From Gemmatimonadota bacterium (GTDB taxonomy: Bacteria > Gemmatimonadota > Gemmatimonadetes > Palauibacterales > Palauibacteraceae): 16,226 nt of DNA. A model generated the notes under the pieces. It saw only the letters and a program-made list of their open reading frames with translations. It made no database searches and was not told the origin of the DNA. The translations under genes were made by a program, and so were the position numbers. Shown here piece by piece: positions 7,751 through 15,818 of this stretch (positions are counted from its first letter, which is position 1; the number at the start of each line of letters is the position of its first letter). Where the stretch lies: NCBI GenBank assembly GCA_046758745.1, contig JBHIAV010000054.1, positions 1 through 16,226 of the forward strand, given 5' to 3'.

Positions 7751-7795
7751 TAATTCGAACCGCCCTGCCCGTCCCCGAGCCCACCTCTCTTCGCG

Positions 7796-10111
7796 TCAGC
7801 GCCCCGCCGCCACCTCGGAGCGAACCTGCCGCGCCGCTTCGACCATCGCGATAAGCGCGGGCCGGATCTCGTCCCAGGTCCGAGTCTTGAGGCCGCAGTC
7901 CGGATTGACCCAGATCTGCTCCGGCCGGAGCACGGAGAGCGCCTTGCGCAGAAGCTCCTCGATCTCCTCGCGCTTCGGCACCCGAGGGGAGTGGATGTCG
8001 TAGACGCCGGGACCAATGTCCCCCGGGTAGCCGGAGCTGGCGAAGGAGTCGAGCAGCTCCATGTGCGAACGGGACGCCTCGACCGAGATGACATCGGCAT
8101 CCATGGTGCTCACCGCGTCGATGATGTCGTTGAACTCCGAGTAGCACATATGGGTGTGTATCTGGGTCCCGTCCGAGGCGCCCGCGGAGGCGAGGCGAAA
8201 CGCCTCTATCGCCCAGTCCAGATAGGCCTTCCAGCGCTCGCGCCGCAGAGGCAGGCCCTCGCGCATCGCCGGCTCGTCGATCTGGATCACCCTCAGGCCG
8301 GCCGCCTCGAGGTCGGCGACCTCGTCGCGGATGGCGAGCGCGATCTGACGGCAGATGACGGCTCGAGGCAGGTCATCCCTGACGAAGGACCATTGGAGAA
8401 TCGTCACGGGGCCCGTCAGCATGCCCTTGACGGGCCGCTCGGTCAGGGACTGAGCGTATCTCGACCAGTCCACCGTCATCGGGCCCCGGCGGGAAACATC
8501 GCCGAAGATGATCGGCGGCTTGACGCACCGCGATCCGTAGCTTTGGACCCAACCGTTCTGGGTGAACGCGAAGCCGGCGAGCTGCTCGCCGAAATACTCG
8601 ACCATGTCGTTGCGCTCGAACTCGCCGTGCACCAATACATCGAGTCCGATCTCCTCCTGGAACGTGATGGCCCGTTTCGTCTCCTCCCGCAGGAATTTCT
8701 CGTAGCTCCCGACGCCTCGAGTTCCGGCACGGAACTCCGCGCGCGCCTTCCGCACCGCGCTCGTCTGGGGAAACGACCCAATGGTTGTCGTCGGGAGGGC
8801 CGGTAGCTTCAGGCGGGCTCTCTGTTTCTTCCGGCGGGTCCCGTACGCGCTGCCCCGGCGCAGCATCGGCCCACCAATGGCGGAGAGTCGGGCCCGCACG
8901 GCGCTGTCGTGGACTCGGGGCGAGGCGCGGCGTCCGCCGAGCGCTCGGCGGGCCGCCTCGAGGTCCGCGCGCACCGCGTCCCGACCTTCATGGAGCGCCC
9001 TGGTGAGCACGGTGATCTCGCGCAGCTTCTGCCCCGCGAACGCCAGCCAGCTCGTCAGCTCCGGGTCCATACGTTCTTCCAGATCGAGATCGACCGGGAC
9101 GTGGAGAAGGGAGCACGACGGCGCGACCATCACGCGGTCCGGGCCGAGCGCCGCGACGGCCCGCTCCAGGGTGGCCAGGGCGGCATCGAGATCCGCGCGA
9201 AAGATGTTGCGACCGTCCACGACGCCGAGCGACAGGGCCAGGCTCGGCGGCACCTGTCTCAAAGCACGATCGAGACAGTCCGGGGCCCGCACCAGGTCGA
9301 GGTGGAGGGCGTGGATGGGAAGCCCGAGAGCCATCCCCAAGTTATCGCCCAGGTCTCCGAAGTACGCGGCCACGAGCAGGCGCGTCCGCACAGCCGCGGC
9401 GCCGAGCCGCCCATAGGCGGAGGCGAACGCCTCACGAGAGGTGCTGCTCAGGTCGAGCGCCAGGCACGGCTCGTCGAGCTGTACCCAAGGCGCCCCGGCT
9501 TCCTGCAGCCTCCCCAGAACCTCTTCATACACGGGCAGTAGGGCCGGCAGGAGCTCCAGCGACGATCCCGCTCGATCGCCGTACATCTTGCTCAGCAGCA
9601 GGAAGGAGACCGGGCCGAGGATCACCGGTCGCGTCGTGATCCCCAGCGCCCTGGCCTCGAGGAACTCGTCAATCGGCTTCGTGGAACCCAGCCGGAAAGT
9701 CTGGTCCTTCCGGAGCTCCGGCACGATGAAGTGGTAGTTCGTGTCGAACCACTTCGTCAGCTCCATCGCCGGAACGCTCACCGCGCCGCTCGCATCGCTC
9801 TCCTGGAGTCCCCGCGCCATGGCGAAGTAGGTCTTCAGGCCGATCGTCGTGCCTTCCGGCGCGTAGCGCTCGGGCACGGCGCCGACCATCACCGCCGTGT
9901 CGAGCACGTGGTCGTACAGGGAGAAATCGTTGCTCGGGATCGCATCCAGGCCGAGGTCGATCTGAACCCTCCAATTCCGGGCGCGCAACGCCCGGCACTC
10001 GCCGATCAGATCCGCCTCGCCGAGGCTTCCCGACCAGTAGTGCTCGAGCGCCCGCTTCAGCTCCCGCCGCGGGCCGATCCGTGGGTAACCGAGATTCGTC
10101 GCCATCACCAC
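7796..10111 (-). CDS. metE: Cobalamin-independent methionine synthase
   Basis: 771 aa. NLGYPRIGPRRELK, DFSLYDHVLD, KWFDTNYH, LPTTTIGSFPQT, HGEFERNDMVEYF and WVQSYGSRCVKPP motifs, plus Zn ligands HTHMCYSEF and NPDCGLKTR. Strong GAGGAGGAGG RBS. Confidence 0.97.
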   Translation of the reverse strand: MVMATNLGYPRIGPRRELKRALEHYWSGSLGEADLIGECRALRARNWRVQIDLGLDAIPSNDFSLYDHVLDTAVMVGAVPERYAPEGTTIGLKTYFAMARGLQESDASGAVSVPAMELTKWFDTNYHFIVPELRKDQTFRLGSTKPIDEFLEARALGITTRPVILGPVSFLLLSKMYGDRAGSSLELLPALLPVYEEVLGRLQEAGAPWVQLDEPCLALDLSSTSREAFASAYGRLGAAAVRTRLLVAAYFGDLGDNLGMALGLPIHALHLDLVRAPDCLDRALRQVPPSLALSLGVVDGRNIFRADLDAALATLERAVAALGPDRVMVAPSCSLLHVPVDLDLEERMDPELTSWLAFAGQKLREITVLTRALHEGRDAVRADLEAARRALGGRRASPRVHDSAVRARLSAIGGPMLRRGSAYGTRRKKQRARLKLPALPTTTIGSFPQTSAVRKARAEFRAGTRGVGSYEKFLREETKRAITFQEEIGLDVLVHGEFERNDMVEYFGEQLAGFAFTQNGWVQSYGSRCVKPPIIFGDVSRRGPMTVDWSRYAQSLTERPVKGMLTGPVTILQWSFVRDDLPRAVICRQIALAIRDEVADLEAAGLRVIQIDEPAMREGLPLRRERWKAYLDWAIEAFRLASAGASDGTQIHTHMCYSEFNDIIDAVSTMDADVISVEASRSHMELLDSFASSGYPGDIGPGVYDIHSPRVPKREEIEELLRKALSVLRPEQIWVNPDCGLKTRTWDEIRPALIAMVEAARQVRSEVAAGR

Positions 10112-10127
10112 GGCGTCGCCCTCCTCC

Positions 10128-10587
10128 TCAGCTCACAGATGCGCGCAATCGATCGCCGTCGTTCCGTCCTCGAATCGGGATGACGAGCAGACGGTTCTCG
10201 AACCGCACCGGGTTCATGAGATCAATGAACAGCCGGATCGGCCAGGCGAAACAACCCGACATCCGTCGCGCCGGGCGCCGCCATCAGAGCGTCGTGGGCG
10301 ACATCGGCACGGTCGCCGGTGAGCTTGCGTTCCGAGGTGGCGAAGTTCTTGACCTCGGCCGGCAGGACTCGGGCGTTCGTCTGGTCCCTCGACACGCCCC
10401 GGACCGGTACGGTGATGTTCGCGGGGGAAACTCCTCCCGTCGCGACCTGGCACGATGGCGGCTGGAAGGGGCGGAAGTGCCGCCGGTCGATCAGCGTCAC
10501 GCCGGGGGACGCATCCGCGAGACGACGCGCGGCATGGAGTCCGCCGAGCCCGCCACCGACGATCACCACGCGATGGGGCGCTTCCAT
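10128..10587 (-). pseudogene. ndh: Type II NADH dehydrogenase (NDH-2) remnant with large internal deletion
   Basis: ATG 10587 follows GGGAGA. The N-terminus HRVVIVGGGLGGLHAARRL...LIDRRHFRPFQP..QVATG...DALMAAPGAT shifts frame at about 10265 into SGCFAWPIRLFIDLMNPVRFENRLLVI, which resembles the NDH-2 C-terminal GxxAWxxWLFxHLxxLxGFxNR helix. The NAD-binding middle is missing. Confidence 0.8.
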
Positions 10588-10754
10588 CCGAATCTCCCGG
10601 TTCAGAGGCGGCTGAGCGGGGCGTCGCTCGGCTCGAACAGACCGAGGCCGGGACGTGCACACGGGCGGTCCCATGGACGAGGAGGGTCAGGGCCGAGGTG
10701 ACGGACACCTCGCCCCTTCACGCTTGGAAGACCGCCGGACCCGGCCGGCGGCGT

Positions 10755-11066
10755 TCAGGGGATCTCGACCTCGACGTCGTTTCCCTCAACGCGCACCTTA
10801 TACGACGGCACCTCCCCTGGTGCCGGTGGCGTCAGGTTCTTGCCCGTCGTCACCTCGAACTCGGCGCCGTGCAGCGGACAGGTGACCGTGGTCCCTTCGA
10901 GCGCCCCTTCAGAGAGAGAGCCCCCGCGGTGCGTGCAGGCGTCCCCGATCGCGTAGAACGTCCCTCCGACGTTGAATAGCGCGATCTGCCGCCCTCCCAC
11001 CTCGACCGCCTTGCCGGTCCCGGGAGCCAGCTCGTTGACGTCAGCGACCTTATGAAAAGTGGCCAT
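10755..11066 (-). CDS. Rieske [2Fe-2S] ferredoxin
   Basis: CTH...CPLHG Rieske ligands, 103 aa. GAGGAGG RBS before ATG 11066. Confidence 0.95.
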   Translation of the reverse strand: MATFHKVADVNELAPGTGKAVEVGGRQIALFNVGGTFYAIGDACTHRGGSLSEGALEGTTVTCPLHGAEFEVTTGKNLTPPAPGEVPSYKVRVEGNDVEVEIP

Positions 11067-11466
11067 CGTGTTTTGCCTCCTCGTTCGCTCCGCGCCGCCC
11101 GGACCAATCGGCAAGACGGGCACCGCGGAGCCCACCCCTCGAGTGGAAGCGCCGAGCCGAGATCGGCTCCGCCTCCAGAGCGTCACCGAATTGCGGCATT
11201 CTAGCCCTTTCATTGCCGTTGAACAAGCCTCCAGAGGCACGGGAAACACAGCTGACCTCTCCCCTCAGCTTCTCGAGTGATTGATCCCCACTCTCATGCC
11301 ATTTGAAGAGTTCATGTGCTTTCTGGTAGTCCGCCTCAACAAACGCCGCCATGACGAACGCCTCGGCCCGATCGGCTGCAATGCTGGGGCTGTGACCGAG
11401 GCGCTGTACCCTTGGAACTCGACAACCGGAAACCATAGGCAGCAGCAGTGCCGGATTCCTCTTCAC
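11050..11466 (-). other. Possible degraded lipoprotein ORF
   Basis: GGAGG RBS, then GTG-KRNPALLLPMVSGC (lipobox-like VSGC) and a helical segment AEAFVMAAFVEADYQKAHELF. The 3' part looks non-coding and overlaps the Rieske start. Confidence 0.3.
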
Positions 11467-11580
11467 GGCCACCTCCCACTGCCCCCTGGACGTCCGATAT
11501 CACCCGCGGGGTTCGAGCCCCCGGACGTTATGTGATGAACACTCTCTGACCCAACAACGCGTTTCACTGCGCCTAGGATG

Positions 11581-11956
11581 TCAGCACGTCGAATGTATGA
11601 GACCCCCTACCCGCCCCTTTCGTGCGAGTTCGTTATAGAGGCGGACGGCTTCCTCGGTCTGCAGCAGGTGCGTTGAGATGCCCCGCCCCTTCAGCATCTG
11701 CAAGGTCCCGGGGCGGACCTGAAGGCGTTCGTATACACCCTTCGACAGGACGACCACAGTAGCAACCCGCTTCAGAAGTTCCTCGACGTCCGCAGGCTGA
11801 ATACCCGGAACGTGCTCAGTACCCGTCTCTTTCCAGTTCCACTCTCGTGCCCCACCCCGGGAAGAGCTTCGCGTCCTTGAACGCGCCGTGTCCTTCCACA
11901 TCCACCCTCCCCCAGGACAGGCCGGCGATCCTCGGCGAGCCTGCGCCTGCAGTCAT
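11581..11956 (-). pseudogene. Mth938-like / AAMDC domain protein with +1 frameshift
   Basis: ATG 11956 follows AGGAGG. SPRIAGLSWGRVDVEG..FKDAKLFPG continues in another frame as GAREWNWKETGTEHVPGIQPADVEELL...QTEEAVRLYNEL...VGGLIHSTC. The span is 376 nt (3n+1), with the likely extra G in the run at 11855-11858. Confidence 0.85.
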
Positions 11957-12183
11957 CGCACGATTCCCTCCTGTAGCATCCTCGGCCGTAGCCCCGCGCC
12001 ACCTGCGCCGGGCGACCGCCGGCCCCGGTCCGCCGCAAGCGCATGCGCCCGCCGTCAGCTGAATGCCGGTGCTGCGCGGCCGGACGAACTACGCTGCGGT
12101 TCTCTAGCTACCTTTCGGGCCCGCACGAACACTCTAGCCGGTGGAATCGCTAAGGTGGCGCCCACGTGTCCCGAACGCGTGAC

Positions 12184-12477
12184 CTACGGTAGTGCTGCGA
12201 TGATCTTCCGGTACTCCTCCTCTGTAAAAGCGCGCAGAGTCTCGGTGCGGACATTCCCCAGCGCAGACAACGAAAGCGCGAGCTTGACTGCTGCTGCCTC
12301 GTCAGGAGCTTCGGTGATGACAATCGCGTCGTACCGTCCCGTGACCAGATAGAACTCCTTGATCTGTGCACCGGCGCTTCTAAACATCTTGCGGGCTGCC
12401 TCGAGGCGCGCCGGGCTTTCCTTAATGTTCTGGATTCCTTTTTGCGTGAAGCGGCTGAGAAACACGAACGTGGCCAT
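12184..12477 (-). CDS. GYD domain protein
   Basis: FTQKGIQNIKESPARLEAA, YLVTGRYD, EAPD and GNVRTETLRAF motifs. AAGGAGG RBS. Confidence 0.9.
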   Translation of the reverse strand: MATFVFLSRFTQKGIQNIKESPARLEAARKMFRSAGAQIKEFYLVTGRYDAIVITEAPDEAAAVKLALSLSALGNVRTETLRAFTEEEYRKIIAALP

Positions 12478-12715
12478 GAGCTTTCCTCCTTCGAGTCCGA
12501 TCGGTCCGCACCAACCAGTTGCTACCGAGAGACGAGAGTCCTCGTTACAGCCGCCGCAGAGCTAGAACCAACCGTACGAGTGGTCGTACCGAGCCGGGAC
12601 GCCTCCCATGCTTCATCCCTGCTCGGTCCGTTCCTGTCGAATGCCAGGGCGGCGCGCGACCGCGGGCTCCAGCCCGCTGCCAGCCGCCGCCCCCGCCACT
12701 GCCTTCATGTTGTGA

Positions 12716-13135
12716 CTACGTGCCCACGTATTTCGCATAGCCCAGCCCGAATGACACACTGATCACGATGACGACTACGTACTGAGGCCAAAAGCTACCA
12801 GCCAGGTAAGACACATCCAGCGGATGGGAGAGCCCACGGGTGACGAAATGAGTGAACATCGCGGTTCCAAGCACCGCGGCGACCAGGGGCAGGACCAGCC
12901 TCGGTCGCCGCGGCGCAACCCACCTTCGGACGGCAAAGAGTAACGGGGCGTAGAACAACGGCAGGGCCACCATGACAATAACAAAAGTTATTGGGCCCAT
13001 CGCAACTGCGAACGCGGCACAAGCGCGGATGCTCCGAGTCACCCTGACCGTGTCGACCACCATTAGGAGAAAGCCGACGGCCCAAGAGAACGTCGCAATC
13101 AGCACTACCGTCCCGAGCCTACCCAGCAACTTCAT
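12716..13135 (-). CDS. Hypothetical membrane protein (about 4 TM), cassette-like
   Basis: 139 aa with four hydrophobic stretches and lower GC than its neighbours. The ATG lies 2 nt after a GTTGGGA core-site-like motif, with no clear SD. Confidence 0.6.
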   Translation of the reverse strand: MKLLGRLGTVVLIATFSWAVGFLLMVVDTVRVTRSIRACAAFAVAMGPITFVIVMVALPLFYAPLLFAVRRWVAPRRPRLVLPLVAAVLGTAMFTHFVTRGLSHPLDVSYLAGSFWPQYVVVIVISVSFGLGYAKYVGT

Positions 13136-13137
13136 GG

Positions 13138-13234
13138 TCCCAACGTCACCTATCAGCCGCGCCGGGTGCTCGACGTCACGACCGCTTCGGGAGCGCGGCG
13201 CCCGCGCGGGACGTCGGTGAACTCAATGCTGAAA
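13138..13234 (-). mobile_element. Degenerate attC-like site
   Basis: The right arm CGCGGCTGAT-AGGTGAC-GTTGGGA lies directly before the 13135 ATG. The left arm TTTCAGC-ATTGA-GTTCACCGACG is decayed. Total length is 97 bp. Confidence 0.35.
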
Positions 13235-13269
13235 CCGCCGATCCGCGCTACCCCGCGTCGGGTTCGTGG

Positions 13270-13635
13270 GCTGCAACACCTTCCGAGACTCCATCGAAAG
13301 CATGTTGTGAATCACGCTCGCTAGGTCTTCCTCGTCGATCAGAATCGCCTCCTGCCGCCGGATCTCGCATGGATTGCCGATGGAGGGGCCTGAGGAGGTC
13401 GAGCATCTTGTCGAGCGGGCCAGAGGACAAGTCCGCTCAGAACGCTGTCGCGCATTCGATCCCCTTTTCGAACGAGAGATGGTACAGGTTCCACACGATG
13501 CCCCTCGTCAAGAGGACCCGAGGGGCGAAGTCCAGGTATTCTCTGGCGTGTATCAGCATCGTTGAGGTTGTCTTCCGGCGCCTTGGCGAGGTGAGGGAGC
13601 AGCTTCTTCAGCGGCTCCCGGATATCGATGGCCAC
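13270..13635 (-). pseudogene. Remnant of a restriction-endonuclease-like (type I HsdR N-terminal domain-like) protein
   Basis: GTG follows GGAGGAGG. Protein-like blocks occur in shifting frames: MAIDIREPLKKLLPHL..EDNLNDADTRQRI (NEADT-like), VLLTRGIVWNLYHLSFEKG (LTNG.W-like) with an in-frame stop at 13437-13439, and EIRRQEAILIDEEDLASVIHNMLS. The 3' boundary is approximate. Confidence 0.55.
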
Positions 13636-14218
13636 CGAGCCTTTCCCTCCTCCGCTCGAGCAGGAATACTGCCCAACGTGCGTGGCCTCGGCCTCGCGTT
13701 GGACTTTTCCGAATGTCCTTCCAGGTGGTCTGTACGGCGGAATATACGCCTGGTCTCAGTCTTGAACAAGACCCTCGGAGTCGACCCGGCGGAGACCAAC
13801 TCGGCTCCACGGAACTGCTTGCCTAGTCAGGCCTTCGGCCGCGGGGGTTTCCGCGTGGCGCGGAGAGTCAGACAACCCAACGGCCACGCAGATCCCCTCG
13901 CGGTGATGCCGAGGGTTCTCTCCGAGGCCGGGCCGAGGGGACGGGTTTGCTGGGCCGAACCCCGCACGCTCGGGGACATTCGGGGAGATGAAGAGGCGGG
14001 CCGATGTTGGCCGCAGCGCGCCTTTCCCGAAAGCAATTTCGGCCCCCCACGCGTTCCGCGTTTCGAAACACTTTCCTGACAAGCCGTTACCGTGGGGTCG
14101 GGGCTCCCTGCAGGTTAAGGGAACCAGTTCCCGGACCCACTCCACTGACCTATGCGTGTCTTGAATCCCGCCGAGAGTTGATGATGGGCTCAGCCGATAT
14201 ATCGTGGGCCCGCTCCCT

Positions 14219-15748
14219 TCAGCGCGGGGGCTCCCGAGGACCGGTCTCCAGGACGGTCAGATCGAAGATCGCGAGATCCACGACCATGTGGTATGCGGCC
14301 GCCGCGTGGTAGCGCGTTCTAAGAATTGCCCGCATCTCCTCCGTGTACCGCGAGCCGAACAGCCATTCGGGCCGCGTCTGGGCGATCACGGTTCGGATCC
14401 GGCCGTCCGCGAGCGCTTCGAGAAACGGTCTCTGGTCCCAGCGGCCCGCTTCCGCGAGCTGGGTCATGACGAACGGCTGAAAGATGACCTCCTTGCCGGC
14501 GCACCGGAGAAGGACCGCGTCGTCGGAGACGGCCGGCCCGGGCCGCGCCGCCAGGTCCCGGCACATCAGATCGAAGACCGTCGGCTCGGCAGAGAGAGCC
14601 TGGTGCGTCTGGCGGACGTCAACGAAACGGACCGCACCCAGGAGGACGGCGGCGGCGCCCAGCGCCGCGCAGGCAACCCGTCCCGGTCGGCCGCGATCCC
14701 GCAGCCACGGAAGCGGAAACTCGTTCGCCGCCAGCAGCGCAACGGCGGCTAGCGGCTCGATGAAGTAGTTCGAGTCGGAGCCGAGCTTGCCGGAGCTGAG
14801 GGACACGGCCGCCGCGATAACGGCATAGAGGCCGAAGATCGACAGACGCCTTGCGGTCGCGAGAGCAGCGAGCGCGGGCGACATGAGGAGCAGCTCCGGC
14901 GCATGAGAGGCGAGGAACCTCCCCGCGAGAGTCCACGCGCCCGCCCAGGAGAACGGGTTGCGGTTGGCCGTGACCGTGTGGAAAAGAAACCAGCCATCCG
15001 AGTACCAGGACAACGCGGTGGCGGCGCCCCCAAGCAGGACCGCGAGTGAGGCGGCGAACACGAGTCCACGCCGCGGCGAGCGCGCGATGAGGAAGATCGT
15101 CACCGCCAGGGCGGCCGCGACGTAGCTCTGCTTCGTCAGGATCGCGGCGGCCAGCAGCGGCGCGGCCCAGAGAAGCCCAGGGCGCGCCGCGCCGCGCGCG
15201 GCGACGAGAATCCCCAGGGCAGAGAGGAGCGCCGCTGTGTAATCGGGCCGGGCCACCAACAACCAGGAGCGCTGCAGCGGAGCAAGTAGGAACAGGAACG
15301 CGGCGATGGGTGCGACCGCTCCCGCCCAGCGCCTCTCCGAGATGCCGATGATCCCCGCGAGCAGCGTCGCGGACAGAAGCGAGACGAGTCGCGCCGCCAG
15401 CAGACCAGGCAGTCCCAGCGCGATCAACAAGGCGACGAGAGAGGTGTAAAGAGGCGTGTAGACGCTCACCACGAAGGGCGGCTCTGAGGGGTCGCCGTAC
15501 AGAGCCTCCCCACGCGCCAGCCGAGCGGCGTCGTTGACGTTGAATCCTTCGGCGTAGCTGAACGCCTGAGGCAGCTCGATCCGTGCGACGAGCCCGTCCA
15601 GGACGGTCCATGCGGCGAGGACTGCCAGCACCAGGAGCGCCACATGATGGGCGAGGCGCCCGGCCGAAGAGCCCGACGGTATGCGGCTCGGGTTAATCGG
15701 GCCGGCACCTTCCAGCGGAGCGTGATCTCCTGACAGCGCGCGAGTCAC
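14219..15748 (-). CDS. GT-C fold (ArnT/PMT/GT39-like) polytopic membrane glycosyltransferase
   Basis: 509 aa multi-TM protein with an N-terminal loop YAEG...GEALY...YTPLY and ARPD, LTKQ and GKLGSDSNYFIE motifs, plus a soluble C-terminal domain. The start is uncertain. Confidence 0.75.
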   Translation of the reverse strand: MTRALSGDHAPLEGAGPINPSRIPSGSSAGRLAHHVALLVLAVLAAWTVLDGLVARIELPQAFSYAEGFNVNDAARLARGEALYGDPSEPPFVVSVYTPLYTSLVALLIALGLPGLLAARLVSLLSATLLAGIIGISERRWAGAVAPIAAFLFLLAPLQRSWLLVARPDYTAALLSALGILVAARGAARPGLLWAAPLLAAAILTKQSYVAAALAVTIFLIARSPRRGLVFAASLAVLLGGAATALSWYSDGWFLFHTVTANRNPFSWAGAWTLAGRFLASHAPELLLMSPALAALATARRLSIFGLYAVIAAAVSLSSGKLGSDSNYFIEPLAAVALLAANEFPLPWLRDRGRPGRVACAALGAAAVLLGAVRFVDVRQTHQALSAEPTVFDLMCRDLAARPGPAVSDDAVLLRCAGKEVIFQPFVMTQLAEAGRWDQRPFLEALADGRIRTVIAQTRPEWLFGSRYTEEMRAILRTRYHAAAAYHMVVDLAIFDLTVLETGPREPPR

Positions 15749-15772
15749 CAGAGGAAAAGGCTCCGTAGAGCA

Positions 15773-15818
15773 TGTGCCGGTTCAGCGATTTCAAACACCC
15801 TGTGCTGGTTCAGCGATT
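15773..15818. repeat. 18-bp direct repeat pair (1 mismatch)
   Basis: TGTGCCGGTTCAGCGATT (15773-15790) and TGTGCTGGTTCAGCGATT (15801-15818). Confidence 0.75.

Noticed and set aside
6391-7854. 487-aa + strand ORF and other long antisense ORFs over mrp, metE, the SagB-like gene and the GT-C gene
   Set aside because: These are shadow ORFs typical of high-GC DNA. They are Arg/Pro/Gly-rich, lack motifs, and lie opposite well-supported genes.
10112-10260. Cobalamin or SAM riboswitch upstream of metE
   Set aside because: No B12-box or SAM-I core motifs are visible. The region is better explained as the ndh C-terminal remnant.
10732-10751. Intrinsic terminator after the Rieske gene (CCGCCGG/CCGGCGG stem)
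   Set aside because: The stem is present but lacks a convincing U-tract, and such hairpins are common by chance at this GC content.
11581-11583. TGA after HSTC as possible read-through
   Set aside because: HSTC is the natural C-terminus of AAMDC/Mth938-like proteins.
13437-13439. Second possible Sec codon (in-frame TGA in the nuclease remnant)
   Set aside because: It is not in a redox-Cys motif and lies in a multiply frameshifted remnant, so an ordinary nonsense mutation is more likely.
13640-14215. Coding gene or structured ncRNA in the roughly 570-bp gap
   Set aside because: The ORFs lack motifs or RBS support. Only generic GC hairpins and a weak sigma54-like GG-N10-GC at about 14033-14046(-) are visible, which is not enough to call.
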